Below are positions 8,924-16,716 of a stretch of 64,000 bases of DNA, in pieces. The notes beneath the pieces were generated by a model. The model saw only the letters and a list, made by a program, of their open reading frames with translations. It had not been told where the DNA came from and did no database searches. The DNA is from Halanaerobacter jeridensis. Its GTDB lineage: Bacteria; Bacillota; Halanaerobiia; Halobacteroidales; Halobacteroidaceae. The DNA lies in the NCBI RefSeq assembly GCF_016908315.1, contig NZ_JAFBDQ010000005.1:1-64000 (forward strand), read 5' to 3'. Position 1 is the first letter of the stretch. Every line of letters begins with the position of its first letter. The translations under genes were made by a program, and so were the position numbers.

Positions 8924-9781
8924 CTAGTAACTTTTTAATATATCTAAATATTCACTTTTTGTTTCATTATCATATAAACCCTTCGCTTCATTTAGAGTTT
9001 CTATAGCCCAGTCTACATATTTTTGATTTACTTTTTTACTATTTTCTATTTTTTCTATAAATCTTTCTATTTTATTTCTCAATTTATTGTTTACTGATTT
9101 TAATTTTTCTTCCAATTGTTCATTCTCTTCTGCTAGTTCTTCATTCTCTTCTGCTAGTTCTTCATTCTCTTGCTCTAATTGTTCTTCAATTTCTTTTAAC
9201 ATTTCTAATCTTTGTTTTAACCGTTGTGTTTCCTTCTTTTCTTGTTGTGTTTCCTTCTTTTCTTGTTGTGTTTCCTTCTTTTCTTGTTGTGTTTCCTTCT
9301 TTTCTTGTTGTAATTTCTTATCAGACTGCTCAACTGCCTCATCTAATGCACTTAACTCTTCATCACTCCATTCAGTACTTTCCTTACTACTCTCACCTTC
9401 ATTTAATATTTCTTTTATTTTGCTTTTAACCCAACTAGGAGCTTCTATAAAATCTTTTCTCAATCTTTTATTCTCTGATTTCAACAACTCTTTATAAGCT
9501 AAATCTAAATTAGAAAGATTATCTTTAGTCAATATATCTATTTCAATTAAATTTTCTGCGAATTCTCCTGGTTTCATAAATTTATCTTCTAATTTGCTTA
9601 TTTCTTCTAATTCGTCATATAATTTAGTTTTAGCCTTATTAGTACTTAATTCAGCTTGTTTTAGTTTCTCTTCTGTTAAACCATAATCCTCATTTAACTT
9701 AGTAGTTACATCATCTGCTAAAACATTCACTGTCAAAACCAATAGCAATACAATCAATAATAAAACACTTAACTTCTTCAT
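8924..9781 (-). CDS. secreted coiled-coil protein with tandem heptapeptide repeats (285 aa)
   Basis: N-terminal signal-like segment MKKLSVLLLIVLLLVLTVNVLA. It carries a QQEKKET x4 repeat and an ELAEENE repeat, is strongly charged and looks helical. It is the sole ORF of the cassette between sites 5 and 6. Confidence 0.6.
   Translation of the reverse strand: MKKLSVLLLIVLLLVLTVNVLADDVTTKLNEDYGLTEEKLKQAELSTNKAKTKLYDELEEISKLEDKFMKPGEFAENLIEIDILTKDNLSNLDLAYKELLKSENKRLRKDFIEAPSWVKSKIKEILNEGESSKESTEWSDEELSALDEAVEQSDKKLQQEKKETQQEKKETQQEKKETQQEKKETQRLKQRLEMLKEIEEQLEQENEELAEENEELAEENEQLEEKLKSVNNKLRNKIERFIEKIENSKKVNQKYVDWAIETLNEAKGLYDNETKSEYLDILKSY
9224..9307 (-). repeat. 4 x 21-bp perfect tandem repeat inside the coiled-coil gene
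   Basis: The unit ttgtgtttccttcttttcttg is repeated four times on the plus strand and encodes QQEKKET x4. A second 21-bp unit (ttcattctcttctgctagttc) is repeated just over twice at about 9121-9170. Confidence 0.85.
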
Positions 9782-9860
9782 AATCTGCCTCCCCTAAATT
9801 ATGGTTTTTAATGTTTTTAATATGTATTTCTTTCAATAAAAATAGCAGCTAAGCCGGGTT

Positions 9861-9994
9861 TCGGATAACGTCCCTAGGGTTCGCGACGTCTAGCTAAACC
9901 CTCCTATAACTTGTCCATCCTCTAAAACTCAATATTCAATTCCTAACCTTCCCTAACCTCTCAACCTAGATGTCGCTAACCCTATGTTAGACGA
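9861..9994 (-). repeat. attC-like cassette recombination site, copy 6 (divergent loop subfamily)
   Basis: TCGGATAAC-GTCCC-TAGGGTT-C-GCGACGTCT ... AGATGTCGC-T-AACCCTA-T-GTTAGACGA. The heptads are complementary. The loop differs from copies 1-5. The flank AAGCCGGGTTTCGGATAAC complements GTTATCCGACGCCCGGCTT of copy 5. Confidence 0.8.
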
Positions 9995-10014
9995 TGTTTG
10001 CTTGATAAAAATCA

Positions 10015-11046
10015 TTACCTTCTCTCTATTTCTTCAATTATTAATTTTGGGAATTTATATTCAATTACAGCAATAGCTTCTTTTAAAAGCGGATAAGAAA
10101 AATCTCCTTTTGAACTAGTAATCATTGACATCCAATGAGTTGGATAATATCGAACTAACATACCAATCGCATATGAAATAATGTAAATAGTTAATAAAGA
10201 AGAAAAATTTAAATTATCAGCTAAAGGGGCAACAGCAAATATATTATTTTTTCTATCATTTTTTACAAACGGAACTCTATTATAAAACTCTTCATTAGAA
10301 GAATGAATTATTCTAAAAGATATATTTTCTAAATTACCTGCAAAATTATGTTTTTCCTTCTTTCTCGTTTTAATGTCTTTTGGTAAACCAAAGTCATCTC
10401 TAACTAATTCCTTATTAGGTAACCCAATACTAGTTTCTAACACTGCAATATCTGTTTGTTCAGATAAACAAAAAACAATTGCATTATAACATTTAGAATA
10501 ATCATCAAAAGTATTCTCATATATATTTTGTAATTCCGGAATCCTCGCTAATATTTCTTTAATAGTAATTAAATTATTACTATCTTCTTTACCCCCATAT
10601 TGTTTTATTTTAGTTCGATTTGGATATGGAGCTATATATATTGAACTTCTCTCAATATTTTCTGTAACCTCCCATAACTTAGAAAATGTGCCAGAAGTAA
10701 TCTCAACATTCAAATTAGGTACTTCTTCTATTCCATCTGAAAGTTTTTGGGTCCAATTTTTCACTCTTAATCCATGAGATGGTTTAAGGCTAGTTACTCT
10801 TGCAAAAGGATCTAAAAATAAAATTAATCCACGACAAAATGCAACTACTCCGTAATAAAACAATAGAGGAGATACAACATTATCAGCCTGTTTTGCACTG
10901 GAAAAATATTCTCTTCCTTGAGTAATATGAGAAACTATTTCCTCTGCTTTTCCAGCCGAAAGTTCTCTATCATGCTTCTCTTCATAAAATTTTGAAACTA
11001 AATCTTTGCTTTCATACAAAGATATCTTAGACCAAACATTTTTCAT
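10015..11046 (-). CDS. YaaC-like protein (343 aa), second gene of a two-gene cassette
   Basis: The N-terminal region ...EIVSHITQGREYFSSAKQADNVVSPLLFYYGVVAFCRGLILFLDP... resembles my recollection of the B. subtilis YaaC family. The family assignment was not verified by any search. Confidence 0.45.
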   Translation of the reverse strand: MKNVWSKISLYESKDLVSKFYEEKHDRELSAGKAEEIVSHITQGREYFSSAKQADNVVSPLLFYYGVVAFCRGLILFLDPFARVTSLKPSHGLRVKNWTQKLSDGIEEVPNLNVEITSGTFSKLWEVTENIERSSIYIAPYPNRTKIKQYGGKEDSNNLITIKEILARIPELQNIYENTFDDYSKCYNAIVFCLSEQTDIAVLETSIGLPNKELVRDDFGLPKDIKTRKKEKHNFAGNLENISFRIIHSSNEEFYNRVPFVKNDRKNNIFAVAPLADNLNFSSLLTIYIISYAIGMLVRYYPTHWMSMITSSKGDFSYPLLKEAIAVIEYKFPKLIIEEIERR

Positions 11047-11069
11047 TATTTACCTCCCTTTTTCCCTTG

Positions 11070-11528
11070 TCACAAATTTACTTTTTCTAACTGTGTAGGC
11101 CAAGCTCCTTGACCATTTCCTCCTTTAAAATAAACTCTATAATTTTTTCCTATAGAAGAAACAACATGTTTAGTAATATACTTCTTTTCTTCACCATCAA
11201 TTTCAACTTTACTTTTCTTTTTAACTTTGTCTCCAGGCTTTAAATTTAATTCTTCAATTGCTTGCTTATTATTTTCTTTTAATTTATCCTCAATTTTTGC
11301 TGAGGCAACTCTCAACGAATTGTTTTTAAGATCTAAACCCAATTCTTCTCCAAATTCAATTTGTTTTTCAGTAGACTCATTAAATTCCATATTAGGATCA
11401 ATTGCTGGTTCAACTGCATCATAAATCCTTGCACTTGCTACATTACGAGTATCATTAGAAATATCAACTTCTAATTTAATTGCTATATTCTTTTGAAATG
11501 GTGTTGGTTTTTTATGAACATCATTCAC
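11070..11528 (-). CDS. hypothetical protein with an internal duplicated ~32-aa motif (152 aa), first gene of the two-gene cassette
   Basis: The two repeats are TPFQKNIAIKLEVDISNDTRNVASARIYDAV and STEKQIEFGEELGLDLKNNSLRVASAKIEDKL. The lysine-rich C-terminal segment ends in ...YRVYFKGGNGQGAWPTQLEKV. It lies 23 nt upstream of the YaaC-like gene. Confidence 0.5.
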   Translation of the reverse strand: MNDVHKKPTPFQKNIAIKLEVDISNDTRNVASARIYDAVEPAIDPNMEFNESTEKQIEFGEELGLDLKNNSLRVASAKIEDKLKENNKQAIEELNLKPGDKVKKKSKVEIDGEEKKYITKHVVSSIGKNYRVYFKGGNGQGAWPTQLEKVNL

Positions 11529-11573
11529 AAATAAATTTCCTCCTTTAAAAAATATAATATAACAAAAGCAAAT

Positions 11574-11709
11574 GTCGTCTAACGTCCCTGGGGTTCGCGA
11601 CGTCTAGCTCAACCCTCTTATAACTTGTCCTTCCTATAAAACTTTCATATGTAATCTCTACCTTCACCCATCCTCCTAGCCTAGATGTCGCTAACCCCAT
11701 GTTATGTGA
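11574..11709 (-). repeat. attC-like cassette recombination site, copy 7 (divergent loop subfamily)
   Basis: TCGTCTAAC-GTCCC-TGGGGTT-C-GCGACGTCT ... AGATGTCGC-T-AACCCCA-T-GTTATGTGA. Its CTAAC core matches the GTTAG of copy 6 rather than its own GTTAT. Confidence 0.8.
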
Positions 11710-11845
11710 TGCTTCTGATCGGTTAATAAAAAATAATCCCCAATAAAATTAAAACCCTCATTAAAATTTAGCATAATAATAAATACTCATATCAAACAAC
11801 TATAATTCGAATTATTTTATACTAATATTATATTCAACCTTACTT

Positions 11846-12648
11846 TTACTCCTCAATTTGCAACTCAACTCCTGGTATATAAACATTAATCCTTTCTATT
11901 TTAAATCTAATTCTATTTTCTAATTCTTTTTTCACAATATCTTGAATTGTTTGCCCTACTTTATAAACTTTTTTCTAGAATCAACAATTATATTTAAGTT
12001 AACAGTAATTCTTTCACCTTGTCTTTCAATCTCAACACCTTTAGATAAATCTTTTAAACCTAATATATCCTTAAGCGCATTCAAAAAACTACCTCCATTA
12101 GTATCTACTACCCCATCTATCTCTCTAACAACTATTCCCACTAACTCTTCTATCTTGTTATATTTTTCATCTTCAATACTAATTGAATTCAATTCAATAT
12201 TATTTTCATTTCCTAATTTATATTTAGGAAATAATCTATTACTTGGATCATCTGGTTCAGTATAATCAAATTTTTTTATATTAACTTTAACCTTGTTAAC
12301 TTCAATTCCTGTTTTATGTTTCAATCTATATTTTACAGTATCTCTTATTTCTTGGGCTACTATATTACTTTGCATTTCATCTTTTATTATTGCATTAATT
12401 TCAATAATAAATCCGTCATCAATTATTCTATATTCTATTCCCTTAGATAAATTATTTATTCCTAATAATACACGAATATCATCAAAAAAACTTCCCTGCG
12501 TATCAATTACTCCATCTATTTCTCTAACAATAACCCCAATTAAAATTTTTATTACTTCTTTAGAAATCCTAATCTTTCCTTTGTTATTTTTTTGTTCAAT
12601 ATCAATATCCTTAGATTTTTTCATAATTGTTTTGCTCTCCTTTTGCAA
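11846..12648 (-). pseudogene. tandem-domain Asp23/Gls24-like protein, frameshifted in a homopolymer (first cassette next to the attI-like site)
   Basis: There are two Asp23-like halves (VIKILIGVIVREIDGVIDTQG... and IEELVGIVVREIDGVVDTNGG...). The ORF-track ORF stops at 11956, but the second domain continues in another frame (KVYKVGQTIQDIVKKELENRIRFKIERINVYIPGVELQIEE, stop at 11846-11848). The frame change is at the T6 run at 11969-11974. Confidence 0.6.
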
Positions 12649-12675
12649 TATAGATAAAAAGTTTTATAAGAAGTT

Positions 12676-12760
12676 TCACATAACTTATTTTTTAACGACA
12701 CAAAAATCATAATTTATAGTTGTTCCTTATATTTACGATGATTGTGTCGTTAAAATCAGA
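12676..12760 (-). promoter_or_regulatory. attI-like primary recombination site abutting the recombinase stop codon
   Basis: TCACATAAC at 12676-12684 complements GTTATGTGA at the right end of copy 7. An inverted pair of boxes follows: TTAACGACACA at 12692-12702 and TGTGTCGTTAA at 12743-12753. The box TGTCGTTAA matches TGTCGCTAA of the attC-like arms at 8 of 9 positions. Confidence 0.6.
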
Positions 12761-13801
12761 TTAGTTGATTAAATTATCTAACGGACTTTCTATGTTTGCA
12801 ATATCTCTTTTGCTGACATGAGTATATATTTCAGTAGTAGTAGAACTCTTATGTCCTAATAATTTTTGGATGTATCGTAAATCAGTTCCTTGCTCTAATA
12901 AATGTGTTGCAAAAGAATGTCTTAAAGTATGTACAGAAACATCTTTAGTAATATTAGCTTTTCTACAGGCTTTTTTGAATATTCTTTGTACTGATCTTGT
13001 AGTTAAGTGTTCTCCTTCTTTGCCTCCAGGAAACAACCTCTTTTCGGGTTGATATAATTGATGATACATTTTTATCTGTTTCAGACAAGATTCTGATAAG
13101 ATCGTATAGCGATCTTTTCTCCCCTTCCCTTGATTAATTTTAATTAGCATTCTATCACTATTAATATCATCCATTTTTAGTTTAACAACTTCACTAACCC
13201 TTAATCCAGCAGAATAAACTACATACAAAATTGTTTTATGTTTGGGGTTATCTAGACTATCTAAAATCTTCGCTACTTCTTTTTTACTTAATACTTCCGG
13301 TAACTTTTTTTCTTTTTGTGGTCGTGATAAAACAACTGAAATATCTTTATTATCCAATACTTCCCGGGCCAAGAACTTAATAGCACTAATCCCCTGGTTA
13401 ACAAATGAATGTGATAAATCTTGGTCTAATAAATCCAACAAATAATCCTTAATCTCAGCATCAGTCACTCGTGATAACTTCTTATTAATAAATCGTGCAA
13501 ACTGCCTAATATGACTCATATAAACTTTTTCCGTCTTTTCACTATAACCTTCTAAATTTAACTGATTTTTTAGTTCATTAATTACTAGTTCATTTTCTAA
13601 AGCACTGGAAATTATAATTCTTTCATTAACAAATTTCTCTTTTAACTGTTCTAAAATATCATAATCATAAGGTACTAACCATGCTCTAGCTTTAGGGGCC
13701 CATTCCCGCTTATTAATTTCTTTAATTTTTTTAATTTTTCTTTCCGAATAATCAAATTTAACAGCTAGTTGTCCTTCTAACTTTTCAATTCTTAATGTCA
13801 T
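12761..13801 (-). CDS. tyrosine recombinase (Xer/integrase family, 346 aa) with a ~70-aa N-terminal extension; candidate cassette integrase
   Basis: Catalytic motifs are present: AGLRVSEV, HTLRHSFATHLL and LLGHKSSTTTEIYTHV. Only about 55 aa separate GKGRKDRYTIL from HTLRHSF, so the ~100-aa spacing I recall for IntI1 and VchIntIA is absent. The N-terminus is MTLRIEKLEGQLAVKFDYSERKIKKIKEINKREWAPKARAWLVPYDY... Confidence 0.85.
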   Translation of the reverse strand: MTLRIEKLEGQLAVKFDYSERKIKKIKEINKREWAPKARAWLVPYDYDILEQLKEKFVNERIIISSALENELVINELKNQLNLEGYSEKTEKVYMSHIRQFARFINKKLSRVTDAEIKDYLLDLLDQDLSHSFVNQGISAIKFLAREVLDNKDISVVLSRPQKEKKLPEVLSKKEVAKILDSLDNPKHKTILYVVYSAGLRVSEVVKLKMDDINSDRMLIKINQGKGRKDRYTILSESCLKQIKMYHQLYQPEKRLFPGGKEGEHLTTRSVQRIFKKACRKANITKDVSVHTLRHSFATHLLEQGTDLRYIQKLLGHKSSTTTEIYTHVSKRDIANIESPLDNLIN

Positions 13802-14036
13802 AAATTAGCTCCTCTCTCGCACGCATAAAATTAAATCTAACAAAAAATAGATTTTATAACATTATAACCAAATTTAAGAGCTAATATACATTAAAATATA
13901 TTTGCAACTAGCTTTTCTTATTATATTATTGATTATATACATTTATAGCATATTCTAGTTATACTTTTATTTTTCTCCACTAAAAAATATTTTCCTGCAC
14001 ATTCATCGTTAAAATCAATTTATTCTACTTATTTTT

Positions 14037-14073
14037 ACAAAAAAATAAAAGCTATCAAAATAATTTTGATAGC
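14037..14073 (-). terminator. intrinsic terminator after the MCP remnant
   Basis: Stem GCTATCAAAA (14051-14060) with TTTTGATAGC (14064-14073). On the minus strand it is followed by a T-run (A-run at 14037-14050 on plus). Confidence 0.6.
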
Positions 14074-14154
14074 AAATTAAAGTTTATATTCTTTTTTATC
14101 TATAAACTAGGGCCAACAACAAATAAGTTACTCAATCAAAATTAATATTTATTA

Positions 14155-14820
14155 TTAAACATCATTCTTCTGAACTAATTGATTTAAACCTTCAGCTACA
14201 TCTGCTAATTGCTGAGAAGAAGCTGCAATGTCATCAGACATATGAGTTATTTCTTGTGATACATCCAAAACTTCATCACTATTTTCAGCTAAAGTTTGGG
14301 TGGAATTGTTTATAGCTTCTATTGCTGCATTTAAAGCTAATAAATTAGTCTGTTCTGCTATATTATCAATCAATTTAATTATTTTCCCAACTTCTTCAGA
14401 ATTATGATCAAGCTGATTAATCGTTTTTACTGTTTGACTTACAGAATCAGTAATGTCTTCCATACTGTCAATTGCTTTTTGAACTTTTTTGCTACCCAAC
14501 TGAACTCTCTTATTAGTTTTTTGAGCAAATTCTGCTACTTCGTTAATACTATTAGATATACCGTGTATTTTAAGTGCCATTTTTTCAATCAAAGAAGAAC
14601 TAGTTTCAATTGAGGCATTCCCTTCTTCAGCAGCAGCTGATAATTGTTGACTAGTAGCAGTAACTTCTCCAACTTTTTCTTTTATATTATTAATAATGAT
14701 ATTTAAATTCTGACTTAAATCTAAAGCTTCAGCCTGTTTTTCTTCTGCCAAATTTATTAAATGAATTGATTTATTAATTAACAAAATAGCAACAATTCCA
14801 GTGAAAATAAAAATAACCAT
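14155..14820 (-). pseudogene. methyl-accepting chemotaxis protein remnant (221 aa)
   Basis: It aligns by eye to the signalling domain of the 531-aa MCP at 37424-39019 ([17 protein letters not shown]..., [16 protein letters not shown]). It lacks the sensor region and the conserved hairpin tip ([18 protein letters not shown]...). Confidence 0.6.
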
Positions 14821-14991
14821 AATTAAAATCTAAGTAGTAGGGCCAAACATAGCTAATATAGTATCTGTAATTATATAATATTCAACTAATAATTAGTGGA
14901 ATTAAGGTAATTGAGTTTAAAAATAGATATTGTTTTGTTACTAAGGATACTTGATAAGTTTTTAATTTATTCCCTTTAACTACTAAAAATA

Positions 14992-15780
14992 TTATTCTAT
15001 CATATCTTCTAATGATATTTGCTTATTATGATCTCTTTGTTTACCTATACTAACTTCTTGATATTGAATTGCTTCTTCTGGACACCACTGTATACAGGCA
15101 AAACACAATTCACAATCGTCTCCCCAGACTGGACTATCATCAACTAAACTAATATTACCTCTAGGACAAAGTTCTACGCACTTACCGCATAAATTACAAT
15201 CTTCAGTTGACCAAAAATCAGCTGCGGCTTCTTTGAATTGCTTAATTGCACCTTTATGGATCATTCCCCCCAAAAAATTAGCTAATTTTGAGCTAGTTTC
15301 TAATTTGTGCTGCTGCTTATTCTCAACTACCTCAATAATCTCTGATAATCGTTCTGCAAATGGAAGAGGCGGTTCTCCTGCAATATTCCTCATTATTTTC
15401 ATAAAAATATTTTCCTCTAAAAAAGTATAACTAGCCTCTCTTACTGCAAATCCCGCTTTTAAATCTCCTCCACTTTTATTCAACAACTCTTTTAGCTGAA
15501 TCAAAGTATTTCCTGGTGTTCCTCCACAAGTAGCTACAGCAAAAGTATACTCTTCCCCACTTAGTTTAATCTGTTTCACAAAATCTGCAACAATCCTCGG
15601 CAGACCCCAAGCATAAACTGGAAAGACAAAACCTATTCTTTCTGCTTCTAAACTATCACAATTATTCATAGCTTCAGAAATAGCTACTAACTCAACATTA
15701 TCAAGTTTCTCTACTATCTGACGAGCAGCAAATAAAGAATTCCCTGTTCCGGAAAAATAAAATATTTTGTTTAGCATCAT
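14992..15780 (-). CDS. flavodoxin-like plus 2x[4Fe-4S] ferredoxin-domain protein (EFR1-like, 262 aa)
   Basis: N-terminal IFYFSGTGNSLFAARQI and C-terminal cysteine clusters CNLCGKCVELCP and CELCFACIQWCP. Confidence 0.7.
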   Translation of the reverse strand: MMLNKIFYFSGTGNSLFAARQIVEKLDNVELVAISEAMNNCDSLEAERIGFVFPVYAWGLPRIVADFVKQIKLSGEEYTFAVATCGGTPGNTLIQLKELLNKSGGDLKAGFAVREASYTFLEENIFMKIMRNIAGEPPLPFAERLSEIIEVVENKQQHKLETSSKLANFLGGMIHKGAIKQFKEAAADFWSTEDCNLCGKCVELCPRGNISLVDDSPVWGDDCELCFACIQWCPEEAIQYQEVSIGKQRDHNKQISLEDMIE

Positions 15781-15811
15781 TGATCACCTTTATTCAATTA
15801 ATTTTACTACC

Positions 15812-16630
15812 TTATTTACTTTTTTCTCTTCCTTCCTGATCATAAACAATAGCTGTCTTATCAAACTCATACAACAAACCATCACCAGCAAAGGTTCTAT
15901 GTTCTTTTCCACTAATTTCACCAGCTAAAACTCCTTCTATTCCTATTATCAATTCATCAACTATATCTGCTTCTAAAGGGGTCCTTCTGTGCGCTGGTAA
16001 AACCATATCAAATTCATCTATTCTACTTTTTATCTTCTTGAGTCCGGCTAAAAATGTATTTAATGACTTTGAACTTCCTAACTGCAACCAAATGTGCCCC
16101 TCTACTATTGCATCTCCAGTAAATAATGCTTTATCTTCTTTATCAAGCAAACAAATACTACCTGCAGAATGACTAGGCAGGGCAATTACTTCAATATTTT
16201 TATCTCCCAAGTCAAATTGATGACCATCTTTTATGAAAATTAAATTATTATAATCTGCTTCAAGCCATCCCTCTACATCAAATTGTGGGGGATAAGGTCC
16301 CCGTTGTGCTTTCTCTAAAGCCCACTCCCTACTTTCTCGTTCAAAACATCCTTTTAATAATTTTGCATCAGCTTTAGTGATGTGAACATTATCAAATTGA
16401 TAAGCTCCACCTACATGGTCAGGATGACCGTGAGTATTAACTACTACTATTGGCAGTTCTGTCAATTCAGAAATTAATTCTTTTAAATCTCCTATACCCC
16501 AGCCAGTATCAATTAATAAAGCTCGCTTACTACCTCTAACTAAATAAATAGTATTATCACCATTATCATCAATTGCTAAAATATCATCTGTTATTTCTTG
16601 TACTTCAAACCACTGCTCTTTCGTCTTCAT
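15812..16630 (-). CDS. MBL-fold metallo-hydrolase (272 aa)
   Basis: VVNTHGHPDHVGG motif, with downstream His and Asp positions typical of the metallo-beta-lactamase fold. Confidence 0.8.
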   Translation of the reverse strand: MKTKEQWFEVQEITDDILAIDDNGDNTIYLVRGSKRALLIDTGWGIGDLKELISELTELPIVVVNTHGHPDHVGGAYQFDNVHITKADAKLLKGCFERESREWALEKAQRGPYPPQFDVEGWLEADYNNLIFIKDGHQFDLGDKNIEVIALPSHSAGSICLLDKEDKALFTGDAIVEGHIWLQLGSSKSLNTFLAGLKKIKSRIDEFDMVLPAHRRTPLEADIVDELIIGIEGVLAGEISGKEHRTFAGDGLLYEFDKTAIVYDQEGREKSK

Positions 16631-16716
16631 TGAAAAAAACCTCCACTAATTTAATTACTTTTAATCCAAGCAACAATATATTCCACTGAATTAATTTATT
16701 CTCCCTTACTAATATT

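Larger units (their letters stand above)
1501..13801 (-). mobile_element. integron-like platform: tyrosine recombinase, attI-like site and at least 7 cassettes ending in attC-like sites
   Basis: Seven same-polarity ~135-bp sites lie in the gaps between the minus-strand gene blocks across 1.5-11.7 kb. Their stems covary. The 3' flank of each site is the reverse complement of the 5' flank of the next site. An eighth, related site abuts the 3' end of the recombinase gene at 12761-13801. Confidence 0.75.

Noticed and set aside
9087-9497. Plus-strand ORFs 9087-9497 and 9226-9429
   Set aside because: They are antisense to the repeat-containing coiled-coil gene. Their repetitive SFFSCCV-type translation is simply the reverse reading of the 21-bp repeats.
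1501-11709. Whether the seven ~135-bp repeats are a CRISPR array
   Set aside because: The repeats are about 135 bp and are separated by 0.5-3.7 kb segments that contain whole genes. They are imperfect hairpins with covarying stems, there are no uniform short spacers, and no cas genes are present.
1501-11709. Whether the structured repeats are retron msr/msd or group II intron ends
   Set aside because: No reverse transcriptase or intron-encoded ORF is nearby, and the GUGYG...AY intron boundaries are absent. The neighbour-to-neighbour flank complementarity is explained by cassette recombination, not by these elements.
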